Shown piece after piece: positions 10,801 to 23,220 of a stretch of 64,000 nt of DNA. Numbering within the stretch: the first letter of the stretch is position 1; every line of letters starts with the position of its first letter. The notes below the pieces were generated by a model, which saw only the letters and a list, made by a program, of their open reading frames with translations, ran no database searches and was not told the origin of the DNA. The stretch spans positions 5,456,001-5,520,000 of the forward strand of contig CM102284.1 in assembly GCA_046563655.1 (NCBI GenBank), in the 5' to 3' direction. This DNA comes from Yuukianura sp. NJ FZ-2021 (lineage: Eukaryota). Made by a program: the position numbers and the translations under genes.

Positions 10801-13535
10801 AGAAACGATGAAAACATACCTTGTAAAACAACTTCTTGTACCAGGCAGGATAGGTAGGCACTGTTTCGGTCGTAGAAGATTTCTTCTTTCGCGGTTTCGT
10901 CACTTTCCAATCCAAGTCCCACAACCAAGGGTCTTCTTTATATCTATAGAAGAAAAACAGCAAAAAGGTCATGTGGGGTTAGGTCATTAGGTCATGTCAT
11001 GTCAAATCTCCAAAACGTGCAAAGAAGGGAACTAAAAATTTGTTTGCGGCAGGCGATCAGAAATGGTTTGAAACGCACAGTGGGGCCATTTCTTAAACTG
11101 GGCTCCACGTTTGTGGCATACACACTTTTCAAAATTCACAAATAAATAACATTTTAGAGTTTGAATACATTTTTCAAAATTAAAAATAATGAATTTTAGA
11201 GTTGCAGCAGAGCAGTCGAATTTCAGCTAATTTTTTCAAAATTCCAATTCCTCTAAAAGTAAGCGTAAATGTGAATTTTTCAAAATTGTGCCACGTTAAA
11301 AAGTAAGAGAACAGGTGAATCTTTCACGAGAGAAACATTTCGAGACGTTAGAGTACGCGTGAATTTTCCGCCAGTCAAATACATCCAAAAGTTGAATTTC
11401 AGCTGAATTTTTCAAAATTCCAATTCCTCCAAAAGTAAGCGTAAATGTGAATTTTTCACAATTTTGCCGCGTCAAAAAGTAGGACGGTGGAGGTGGAACG
11501 GGTCTGGGGCGTAACCCCAGCAAAAATGCAATGCATTCTTTTAGAAAAGGAAAATAAAAATCGAGAAAGAGAAAAAGAAAGTTGTTTTTCCGGATCCGAC
11601 AAATTCTTGGTCCCGTGTTTGAAACTTGAAAAGAGAGGGGATGGGATTAACGGAGAAGAAGTGCCGAAATGTGAGGCCGATCAATCTATGATGAATCGAT
11701 GAATGATAAAAATCCTTACCTTTCACCTTCCAGAAGTTTCAGGGCGTCCTCTGCCTTTTGCATCAAAACGGACTTCATTTCATTTTCAAGTTTGTGGTAC
11801 GTTTCTTCCGAGCGGTTAATGTAAGTCACCCAATTGGAATTAATTGGTAAGTAAGGCACACCCATTTCCAGCATTCCGGATAAAGTCACGGGATGCGGAA
11901 ATCTGGAAGCACGAAATCAACATTTTTTTTTAACATTAGCGTTAACTACATTACGGATTTCTCAGCGGATCGATGTTCATTTACCTTTCGAAGTAGGACG
12001 GCACCAGGTTAACGAATACTTCATGTGTAGCTTGAACATCCTTGGCACAGTAGGACATCACAGTTTGAAAATTGTCACGAATATCGGAAATATTTCCATT
12101 TACAAAAAATGAGCGTGTCTCCTTCTCCAGGATTTTTCCATTGCAGTAAAGCTAGAAGAAAACAAGGACAGAGACCTTCAAGTTTTTTAAAAAGCCAAAA
12201 TTGATGAATTTTTACTTTGTAAACGTCACGCAAATTGTTCAGCGAACTGATATCGTTCCATTCGAGTGATCCAGCAATCATGAGATCTTCTCGTTTGTTT
12301 GGAGGCACAGACTCTAGACCATCCTTCATTGTCATCTTCAGTGCTCTCTGAAAACTTGTAATTCCACTCACAGCAATATGAAGGGACATAGTATCTAGAA
12401 AGCGCATCTTCGTTTCCTGTGTTAGACGAGTAAAGGTCATGCGGTAACTCTGCTAAAACGTAGTTCTGTATTGCTTGTTGAATATAATATTCTTATAAGT
12501 ACCTGTAGGAAGTATTGTTCCTTGATTCTAGCTCTGTCGTAGCTGACATTGTGACCAATGATGAGCTTTTCTGTCCAATTTCCCAATGTCGGCTGGGTGT
12601 CACCTGTAAATGACGAAAGAAGTTTAGAAAAAGTAGTGCATTCTCGTTGATATAAGCTACGATTCTCTTACCTTTGAGAGTTTCAAATGGAATTAAGTCG
12701 TTCAACTCAATCCTTGCTTCTTTGTCCCGATCGACACCTTTGATTAGTGTTGGAGAGCACCAAGAGTACCTGCAATAAACGAATTAGAAAATGAGGAAGA
12801 TTGGAAAACGAAAAATGAGGAAAACGTTGGATTTCGTTTTTAGTCATAAAGCAACACGTACCAAGCCTTACTGGAGCAAGCAGAGGCGATTGTCGGAGCG
12901 TTTCCGTTGGACATGCAAACTTCAACATCAAACACGTAAACGTCTTCTTCTGGAAAAGGCACTTGAGTTTGCGTATCACCCGCGTATTTGGTCCAGCCTT
13001 CACGCATTGCCCATACTTTCGGAAATTCTGGAATTTTTGTTTGAGTGATTTCTGAAATTAAATCCCTGTAACGGGACGTCTGCTTGGAAGCGATACTTCT
13101 GAAGTGATCATCAATAGAGTTTCCTTCCAGTAGTGGCAACTTGAGATTCTTGACTTGGGGAGCACTAAGCAGTTTTTGATTCCACAAATTATGGGCTGAA
13201 AGATGTGTTTTGACTTTATCTATGACGTTTTGAGGGAACTGATTTCTGCGTTGAGAGTTGATAAACACTTGATTATATAAGTCATCTGAGATCATCTGTA
13301 TATTAGCTGGATTTCTGGTTACGCCATGGTCATCCGACTTGGACATGTCTTTGGCGACATTTTGAACAGTCTTCTGTTGCAGCCATTGTGCTTTTGCCGC
13401 ACTAACTTGCAAGAAACGATTTAGAAGTAAAAATGCTTCACCAGATCTTGAAGAGACATCGACACCGGGTAAATTGACTAGAAACTGTCCCAGTTTTCTT
13501 CGACGATCTGTCACAGTTCCTCCAATTCGCAGCAT
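7857..13535 (-). CDS. POLG: Mitochondrial DNA polymerase gamma catalytic subunit (multi-exon)
   Basis: Exonuclease motifs [20 protein letters not shown] and YCAKDV. Polymerase motifs [29 protein letters not shown] and ISVHDEVRY. C-terminal [27 protein letters not shown] stop at 7857-7859. Confidence 0.97.
11214..11482. repeat. About 93-bp direct duplication (11214-11306 and 11390-11482) inside the largest POLG intron
   Basis: GAATTTCAGCT..TTTTTCAAAATTCCAATTCCTC.AAAAGTAAGCGTAAATGTGAATTTTTCA occurs twice. Confidence 0.85.
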
Positions 13536-13666
13536 AACAATACCGAACGCGGTCTTCCTCTTTCGCTATAATTAGTAATCAGTAATTAGTTCAGAAAACA
13601 ATAAAGCACAAGGCATACGAACCAAAACATCAACAGCAACACAAGACTTACCACCTAATGATCGGC

Positions 13667-13960
13667 TTCGGCGCGCCAATTTTCACACCCCTCCTCTCCA
13701 GCTGAGTGTAGCAATACGAGAAAGGGCTCACGAAAGTAAACACATTAGCATCGTAACAACTTAATCGGTTAGTAGACTTAATTATGAGGTTAATAACGTT
13801 CCGCGAATTGTTAAACCCTCGTTTTTTTCAAGGAAAAAACGTTGACTTTGCTCTGTCTGTTTACATTTTATTTTTAAAAAAAACAAAAATATAAATTAGG
13901 AATACTTACGGAATTCGCGGGTTTTTCTCCTGACGTCACGTACCATCCTGTCACATGACC
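13667..13960. promoter_or_regulatory. Divergent POLG/scramblase promoter region with E2F-like, CRE and E-box motifs
   Basis: TTCGGCGCGCCAATTTT at 13667-13683, TGACGTCA at 13931-13938 and GTCACATGAC at 13950-13959. Confidence 0.45.
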
Positions 13961-14435
13961 ATATTTCATTGACGCCAATGAAAATCTCGTAGTAAATTCC
14001 ATTCGGTTGTAAATTCCATAGTAAATTGTGTTATGAATGAACTCAGACTATGAATGAACGTAAAATGGAAGAGTCCATGCCACTGACCTACTTTCTTACT
14101 CCACTTGCCTAATGCCAAAAATAAAAATTAGCGTAATAATCGCAAATTGCGATTCACAATTTTCTCAGAAACAGTGCAGTTTTATATAAAAATCCAGATA
14201 AAATTTAAAAGCGAAACCCATGGACTTAATTTTAGTACTCAAGCCATAATAAGTGTTACCTTGGCAGTTACGTCACGACTAGTAACGTAAGCAAATATCT
14301 TGTTTTCTAAATAGCAGTATGAATTGATCGCGAAAAATGGTAATGAAATGTATACTTTGTAAAATGTGGTAAATTTTCTCAGGAAGGCAGGGACTCAACA
14401 CGGATTCTAAAAATTTAATTATATAAATTAGAACA

Positions 14436-15752
14436 ATGGATTCTGTAATGCGACTCGTTGCTAGTTCCAGCATTGATACTAACGCTGAAAGAATCGTGCA
14501 AGAAGAGAATCAGCGTCTCACTTCCGAAGAAAAGAAGCGTCGACTTCTGTCGTTCGGTCCTGGTCCAAGTCAACCAATCAGCGTTGTGCCTGGAGCTGGA
14601 AGCCTTGCGAGCGCTGCGGGAACTAATCCAGCATCAGCCAAATCTGATGACCCTGATAACTTTACCTCTGGAAGTACTTTTGGTAAGAACATAGCATATT
14701 CATATTTCCAGGTCAGTTTTGGAAAATGATATTTAGTTTATGAAAAATTACATAAATAGGTTGTAATTGTTATCCAGAATCGAGCAGTTCTGCAGCTGTC
14801 GTTGCGAATGGGAATTTTGCATGTCTTGAGACAACTTCCAATTTGTTTTTGCGTCATGCCGGGCAAGACTTTGTTCAAAGTAAGGCGAATTGACACCTTA
14901 AACCTTAAAGTTTATTCGCTTCCGCTCTGATGAGGTTTCAATTTGCTGTTTTATCTGGGTTACCAGAATTTTTTGATTTGGCGAACAAGTATGAAATTTT
15001 GAATTCGGATGGAACTACGATTTTATACGCTGGAGAGACAATGGAACGTTTTGGAGTTGGACACAAAGGAAGACGCTCTACACAATTTGATGTCACTATT
15101 TTACTTCCCGATGGAACTCCAATTTTAAACGTTGTGTCCCGTCGTGGTGTAAGTTTTGAAAAAAATTGTGCAATTGTGTGATTTTTACAAAATTTGATTT
15201 TGAAATTTCAAAATTGGTTTTACAGGTAGCAACAATCAGTGATTTTCAAAAAGTCGTTGGAACGTGTATCGACACCAGCAGTTGCCTCGCTCCCAATCAA
15301 TTCTACTCCATTCGTGACTGGAATATGTGTGAAATTTTTGAACTCAAAAAGTCGACAAATGGACCACAAGGCGAATTTGATATCCTGAGCAAAGATTCTG
15401 GAAAAGTTGGCCAATTCACAAACAACTGGAGCACGTCTTTGCCAAATTACATTCCAGTTGACAAGCTCTACGGAATTTCATTTCCACTGGACATGTGCAC
15501 TGATGAGAAGGCAATCCTCGCTGGAGCGCTTTTCATGCTCGTAAACCTGAATTTTAATAAAATTTCAAAATTGCTTAGGGTTATCTTTAATTCGTTGGTT
15601 TTTGTTACCAGTACTTCCAGCATCTTCATGAAGGAGCTCCAAATGACAAGCAAAGAAAATTCTGGATATTCTGCCTCTGTATTTGCTTCGGAATTGTGCT
15701 CGTCATTACAGTTTTTACAGTTATCCTTTGGGGCATGCTAAAAGACGATTGA
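14436..15752 (+). CDS. Phospholipid scramblase-like (tubby C-terminal fold) protein with a C-terminal TM helix. Exons approx 14436-14682, 14778-14880, 14967-15147, 15226-15540, 15612-15752
   Basis: NKYEILNSDGTTILYAGE, EFDILSKD..VGQFTNNW and YGISFPLDMCTDEKAILAGALFML match scramblase-family patterns. The last exon encodes WIFCLCICFGIVLVITVFTVILWGML. Confidence 0.8.
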
Positions 15753-16741
15753 AAATACGATTCGTTTTTGTTTTCTACAAATCATTCCCACAAATTAATT
15801 AAAATCAGTCAATTCCAATTAATCTTCTCTACGTGTAAAATTTCAGGGATTCAAACATGGTAAAAATCAATTCAAAATGAAATTTGTCTTTGTCAATTCT
15901 AAAGTAAACGAATGTAACAAATTGCCTAACTCTGCTTTAACAAATTAAAAAGTGATTTTGAACATAATAAAAACTGAAAGTTTCACAAACATTCAGAAGA
16001 AAGTATATGAGTTCAAATCAAATTTTTTAAGAATCCAAATATTTGTCGACTGTCAAATTTCGAATCAAAAGTCAACAAAGCTTCTACATTCGACAAGAAG
16101 CCAAGGTTTGTCAAATAACACACCAACGCCCACCACAAAAGCTTCAATTTTTTAATGTCGGGGATTTACGATGTAGTAAATTGCAGTAACTTTACTGAGA
16201 GTAGCAAGTTGTAAAAAAAAAGGTTTACTTTAAGGACGGGTAAGAGGCAGCGTTTGTTTACGATTTGGTGTCAGTCATTGCCGTTAGTAACAAAGCAAAA
16301 TCACTGCTCAAACTTGCAAAAGTCGGCACTGTTTCCAATGGTTGACAAACCAAAGTTTTTCGTAGGATAGTAATTCAAGCAACCATGGGTTCAACAACAA
16401 CTTTGTTCCCATGGAGACGGTTGAATTCAGTGCCGATATTTGCAAATTGTTGAATAATGTCAGAATTCCATCTGTTTTGTCTTATAACTTTTTTATTATA
16501 AGACCTAAAAATGCGTTTGAGGTGTCTAAAAATCCGAAAGACCATGGCACATAAGTTATATTTACCAAATTCCCGATTTTTTGTATCATAACAGGCTTAG
16601 AAAAAAATAAACGTTGTATGCAATTTTTAACCTCATTCCAGAACAAAAAGGCAAATTCTGAGAAATATAACTTATTCTACTGATAATAACGAATTTTTAG
16701 AGTCCTCGTACACATTTCTGCGTTATTCCTGTGAATACTTA

Positions 16742-17229
16742 TAGGGCCCTAAAGTTAATTAATTTGAGCCGAAACGAGACCCACCGTTGCCATGTGTGAT
16801 TCCTTCTTAAGGTTGTTGTTACCAAAGAAGAAGATTTACAAGTCTCACACCTCTGTCATTTAACCATCATCTCAGGTTTTGGCAATTAAGAAAACTCAAG
16901 ATGAGAATAGAAAGTGAAAATTTGAAACCCAACAATAAACCTTGGATTCTAAACAGTCCCAGTTACCACGATCTTTTCGAAAAGACTTTTCAAAATTTCA
17001 AATTTGGAAATGCCCCTAGAAATTATCTATTTCAAAATTACCATTTTCAAAACTAACCTTTTTTGCAATTTAAATTTTGACACATCCGAACTCATGTTTT
17101 GTAAAAATTAACAACTGCAACTGCACTAACTCATGTTCCCACAAATTTTGGTGTGAAAGTTGACAAAATTGCTTCAAATTTTGGTCATTAGCACTAGTAC
17201 CTCACCTTCCTAATTAACTTTGGGCTCTA
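16742..17229. mobile_element. Putative degenerate MITE (~490 bp)
   Basis: Imperfect inverted termini TAGGGCCCTAAAGTTAATTA and TAATTAACTTTGGGCTCTA. No clear target-site duplication and no ORF. Confidence 0.4.
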
Positions 17230-20200
17230 AGGAAGCCAAAAGATGGGCGCATCATGGAAGATCATCAAATTTAAGTATTGCGCAAAACCATGAATTTGAC
17301 TATTTTGTACCTTGAAAATTTTGAAATTTTGAAATGACAAATGGTTTTCCTTTTGTGACGTTTGTTATTACTGACTTGGTAAATATTTAGTTACTACTGT
17401 TGAATTCTGTTTGCTAATTGTCTTGTGCTCAATTTGAAACTCTTGTCTTTTCACGAACTTTCAGGACAAGAGAGGGAATGACAAAGTGCTAAAAACTGTT
17501 ACACAGCGAATGCAGAACATTCAGAAATGTTTAGCTAAAAAAAAACTGAATGAGCCTATTGAAAAGACTTAAAATTCCCATTTGAGAATTTGAGGTGACG
17601 GGTTTTAGTCCTTGGAAGGTGATGCTGAGGACCTCGGCACAATAGGAAGTGTTAATGAGGAAAGTGACAGGAGATTGGAACATTGGGAAGGAAGCATATA
17701 CTGCAATTGCAGCTTGCAGGATACTTGCAGCATCAGAAAGCAAAATGTTTGAAGAAAAAGAAAACAATTGATTGCAATTGCTGCCTTGAGTCATAGCTCG
17801 GAGCAAGCATTGTTGCAATTTGACAAATTTTGAGAGAAGTTTGACGTGCGTGGTGCGTCTTACATGGATTTTAACTCGTGAGTTTATTGACATTTATGTT
17901 TTTTGACTCTTCAAATACACGGGTGGTGCAATCCATGGTTCTGCATCACAAAACAATGTGATCGAAACAACTTCATCGACATCAAAATCATCGACAGAAT
18001 TTTCAAAATTCCAAATTTTCTTGAAAGAAAAAATGATTCTTATTGTTAAAAAAACAGTTGAAGAAAAATATATCAATTTGTTTTTAATTGTCCTGCTTTC
18101 TACGACATCCTGTTCATCACTTTTTCTTTGAAATCATCAAAGTTGTAGAATTGGTCCGAGTGTATATGACTGAAATTTTGACAATTTTTGTAATTTCGCT
18201 TTTTGATTTCGAATTTCGTTTCTTTTGCATTCGGCACTTTTGACTAAAGTGTCGAGATCATCTCTGAACAGATTTTCAAGAGCTTGTCAAATTTGTTGTA
18301 ACGATGAAGTCTTGAGGATTGTGAATTGTTGAAATTTGGAATTGGAACTAATTTGAACTGGGACTTTAGAACAGTTTTTGGAAGTGGAATGAAGAAATCC
18401 TTGACTTTTGTGTGTTCGTCGTGCCCAATTTACAAATCGTTTGTTTCTCCTGACAATTGGAATTGGGCCAGCGCTGACAATTCTGACTTGGAAAAAAAAT
18501 ACTGAAGCTTGGTTTCCAACTTGCCAGCATCCGCATCTGAACATGATTCAATGCGCAATAACTAAACTACGAAGGATATCTTAAGTGCAACTTCACACTT
18601 TTACTTTCTCCTTCCATTATCTTAGGATTGGTTTACCCAAGAATTTTCATAAAAACTTGAGTACGGAGCAGCATTCAGTCATCATCACAATTAACTAAAA
18701 ATCGTGATTGGGGTCTTAAATGCTTTCAGCCCAATTACAGGCTCATATCCTTTGTCACTTGATCTCAATTCAAACCAAAGTGTTCATTTCCTTTTAAATG
18801 AACTATACCAAGCCCATGAAAATGTAACATAAGCACGTATTTCAGTTTTTTCTGTGAACAAATTTCGGCTTAAGTTTAAGATGTCCTATGAAAACGTCAA
18901 AATTTTCAAATTCCAAAAAGTTCGACAACAATTTCTAATCTACCTAAAACTAAAAAGAAACTTTCACCTCGTGTGGTGTATCGGACGTGTCTCTGTAGTT
19001 CTGAAACTCTCAGATTTGTAAAACCTCTGAAAAAAAAGTTCTTCATTTTCAAATTTTTTAGTTTTGTCACAAATTTCGAAAGCAAAAGTTACCACAGCAT
19101 GTTTTCAAACCCCGCTGCACTAGTACATAGGCAACAGACTGAGCATTAAGAGCTTTTGATTAATTTCTCTTCACATTTGACACCGTTTCAGTAATGTCTA
19201 AATTAATTCACTGAAATACTTCTGTCGTCTTCGCCGCTTCACACTTTGAAGTACCTTTGGTGAAAACTGTTGCGCATGAGCAAATGCATAAAACAGTAGA
19301 GTTCAATTAAATAAATCGTGTTAAGTTGTTACACGGTAATGCGCTTTTCATCTTTGAATATTTTAGCAGCATGACTAAAAGAGTCCTGCAGTTTGCTTAA
19401 AACTAAAAGCACGTGAAAAGGAAAGCGACGACACTTGAGTGGGCGTGGTCCGCGTCCGACAAGTGCAAATTTCTACAGATCACAAAGGATTTCTAAGAGA
19501 AGATGCGCAGAGTGCTGAGATGAAGATGCGCAGAACACAAACGTATGCTTGGATGCTTGTGCTTACAAAAATAAAATTGGAAAAATGATCAATCACCTCT
19601 TCTCCAATTGTATACACACATAAATTAAGGCGTGATTGAATTAAGAGAAATTATTAATAGGAGATGAGAGTGTGTGCTATCAGGAGTTAATTGTGCTTGA
19701 GAAACTTCAAACTTCAGTAAAAGCAAATTAAGAAAACAATGGACGAAGATGCGCAGAGTGTGGAAAGAGTGAATGCTGCGCAGAATGCAGTCATAACAAA
19801 TGTACTGATGAATCACTTTATTAGACAGTGTTAGAGTTAAGTTATAGTCAAGTGGGTTACTCAAATGGTCAATTAAAATTTGTGTGCATTCACTTGGAAT
19901 AAATTTAGGAATTTTGAAATGATGACAGGAATTATGATCGGTTTAAAATTAGAGTTAACTTGACTTTGCCTTTAGTTAGGGTTTGGAAACTTAAAATTAC
20001 TTTAACTACGGTGCAATTAATTACTAAATTGGTTAGATTTTGCAGATGGAAGTGGCCTCACATTAGTAGTGATTGCAAGGACTCCTGCCACTTTATGTTC
20101 AATCATCAAATCAAAATTTTCATTTTTTTTTGTATTCTTCCGGTTTGCTAAATTTCGACAGAATCACTTTTTCCAAGAAAACTTTTCAACTTTTTCCCCT

Positions 20201-20761
20201 CTTTTCATTGTGTCATTGAGAAGCACTGTATGGGGGATGACATTGTCAAAAATCAAAGCTTTTTAGTTAAGATTCACTTTCCTTGAAAAGTACCAAAAAT
20301 TTCCGCAGTCACCTCGACGGCAACTCAAAATCTCTTCCAGCTTAACTAGCCTAACAAAGTTAGCCTAATATAATCTAAATCACAAAAAATATATAACGTA
20401 GCAAATAAAATATTTAAATTTAAATGATAAACTGAAGAGCTAGAATTGACTAAGAAGTTAAAGTTTCCACTTGACCAGAGCATTAGCATTAATCATTGAG
20501 AAATGAAAGTGAATGCATTGTAGATGGAGAGACTCTAAAAATAAGTGTTTGTAGGGGACTGGGTCCTTGCCTATGGTCGTACCTGTAATTAACGGGATAA
20601 TGAAGAGTGAAGCTGCACAGGGAGTTGGCTCATCCTCACGCTTCCCTGCAAAGTAACGTGGTCGATGATCCAACTCCCTAACGCTAAACACGTAAGACCA
20701 GGATTACGCTATGTCGGCGCCATTTTGGTAACGTTACGTCGCACCAGGCCAGGGAGCCCTT

Positions 20762-20800
20762 TATAAACCAATCCACCAGCTAACCAAACCATCACTCTCA
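20762..20800 (+). promoter_or_regulatory. TATA box and Inr-like core promoter of the first Tweedle-like gene
   Basis: TATAAA at 20762-20767, ATCACT about 30 nt downstream, ATG at 20921. Confidence 0.6.
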
Positions 20801-20920
20801 CTTTCAACACTTTGGCAGCAACAGCCAAAAAACAATTTGTTCAGAACAAGCCAAAGTGTCAACACTATTCTTTGAGAAAGAGTGGAGAGAACCAATCAGC
20901 GCTCAAACAAAGCCAGAGCC

Positions 20921-21910
20921 ATGAATAGCTTTCGGGTAAGACAGTAGTTTGGCTAATACCGTGAGATTTTTGAACAGAGGACAGATTTGGCTTAGAATTT
21001 CTAAATTCTGCTGCAAACAAAAAATTTTTGCAAATGTTTCGGTTGTCAAAATTTGAATTTCAGTCTATTCAAAGATTTTACATTAGAGTTTTTGTAGTTC
21101 GCAGATCGTAAGTTGCAATGCGGGGTACACGATTTCTTCAAAATTTTAGAAAGTTGAAATTTTTTGAACAAAATTTTTCAATTTGTTTTCTAGTTGTTAG
21201 CCGTTTTGAGCGGCCTAGTCCTCATATCCGCATCTCCCGTGCCCACTCCAACGGCTCAGTACAATCAGCAGTACTTTCAGCCCACGGCTCGTCGGCAAGT
21301 GGAACCACAGGTAGCCGGATCCAGTAACTTTCCCCAAGTTGCCCCACAAAAACGTCAATCCGGTTATGGTTATCCACAGCCAACTTCATCCAATCAGGAG
21401 CTAGATACTGCTGCACAAAGCTTCGGTGATGGTTCCTTTGCCAGACCAACCCAACCGACTGGATTCGGTGGTGGTGGTGGTGGACGACCAGGCGGTGGCT
21501 CCGGAAATGTCCGATGTCAACGAATCGGTGGTGGACCGGACTCGTACCGATTCCAGTGCGAAGTCGTGCGAAAGGAAGACATTACACTGAAGTACGAGCA
21601 CATTCTGTGGTTGGCTGGAAGTGGCGGCGGAGCTCCAGCAGTTGAAATTGTTGTTCCTAACTACAGAGTCGAGGAGATCATCAAGGCTGGATTCAAGGGT
21701 GGAGCAGTTGGTGGCAAGCAGCCAATTAACATCTTGCTTCAACGACCAGAGAAGACTGTTGCTGCTGAGGTCGATCAACAGAAACCAGGACAGGTTGAGC
21801 CAGAGGTCAACATTCAATATGAAGCTCCAACCAACACGCAGGTCCATTACCCCAATGACCAAGCATACCGACCACTCTCTGGTCCGATTCTGCCACCACC
21901 AAGAAACTAA
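20921..21910 (+). CDS. Secreted Gly/Gln/Pro-rich cuticle protein, Tweedle/DUF243-like. Exons 20921-20935 and 21194-21910
   Basis: Mini-exon MNSFR is spliced in phase 0 to signal peptide LLAVLSGLVLISASP. C-terminal beta-strand blocks (PINILLQRP, EPEVNIQYE) are shared with the neighbouring gene. Confidence 0.7.
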
Positions 21911-23028
21911 GGTGGGACGCGGAGCCACCAGATCGAGCAAGAGCCAGCCCCACCATCAGCTCAACCGAAATCATCAACGTACTACCCCCAAAAGTATACG
22001 TGTTGTAGCCAAAACTATTTTTACTAACGCCTTTCCTTCCCTAATGGTGGGGCTCATATTTTTAAAATTCAAAATTTCGAAAACGAAAACCTGAAAAAAA
22101 GTCAAACTTTCTTAGATCTTTTTCTGTTTAGAACAAGTCAAATTCTATTTTCTCACATGAATAAGTCCCGATTATGCAAGAAACGAGTGGTAAAAAATAA
22201 ACTTATTTTTATAATTTGTCTAAAATTTGCAAGATTGCATTCATAATTGAATCATTTTATATAAAATTACATATTCAAAAAGTTTTCAAAACATAGTTTT
22301 TACCTTGAAGTGAAAGTTTTTGCTAGAGAGTCAGCAAATCCATTTGTAAAAGGTGTTAAAAATAACATGTTTCCCAATACCACCGTCGGCCTCGTGCTGT
22401 ATGCTGTATTGACACTTTGGTTGTTACTACATTGCAAAATTTCTGTAACTGCAAACAGACAGTTCTGCTCAATTCGTATGCACAGATTTCTCTGCAATTT
22501 TTTCTTCAAGTCATGTCATTTCATCAATTCAGCGTCAGCATCAGTCAGCTTAACAAACAAACCAAAATTGACCAAAATTATATCAAAATTTCGCACAAAA
22601 AGTGGCAATTCAGAAACATACTTTGCAGAAGGCTCAAGAATTCCAATTTTCTGAAATGATTTTTTTTTGCATTTGTTGTTGCTTCTCGTAGCTTGGACTT
22701 TTAAGGCTTCAATTACGTGGAGTTAGTTAAAATGTAAAGTGTTGCCTCTGCAATTAAAAATTGAATTGATGTTATGCAATTATGGTCGTATTGGCTCATA
22801 AGAGACGACATCACAATGGAAAATTTGAGAAGAAATTTCATTGTTAAACTGCTTCAAGTGTGTTGGATGGAAGTGGGGCCATATAGGATTGCATTGTTAA
22901 AAAAGTGAAAGGACATGCTCGCAAACTCTAAAAAATTTATTTTTAGACTGCGCATCTCTAGAGATTCAACAATCTTTGAATGCAAAAGCATTGATCGATC
23001 AAAAAATGAAATGAAGTACGAAACTGCA

Positions 23029-23220
23029 TGGTTCTATTCTTCTATTTTATTTGAGGAAACCCAATTTGGTCACAAAGTTGAAAGGTCAAAAAGTAAGTGA
23101 GATCAAAAATACCAAAACCTAGCCGAACCAAATCCAAAATACTATTTGTAAAGGTTGACATTTTCACTCTTTGACCTTTTCACTTTTTGATCAAATTATT
23201 TTGATCATTTCACCTGATTC
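23029..23220. repeat. Short foldback element
   Basis: 23068-23097 is an inverted match (23/30) to 23163-23192. The stretch is flanked by direct AAACTGCA at 23021-23028 and 23221-23228. Confidence 0.5.

Noticed and set aside
14255..14268. X-box-like GTTACCTTGGCAGT upstream of the scramblase-like gene
   Set aside because: The second half-site departs from consensus and the gene has no known ciliary link.
17531..18551. Several 60-120-aa ORFs in the long intergenic block
   Set aside because: There is no coherent exon chain or domain signal, and the composition is typical of non-coding AT-rich DNA.
21401..21940. 179-aa antisense ORF and 157-aa alternative-frame ORF over the Tweedle-like gene
   Set aside because: These are shadow ORFs expected from biased codon use and have no recognisable motifs.
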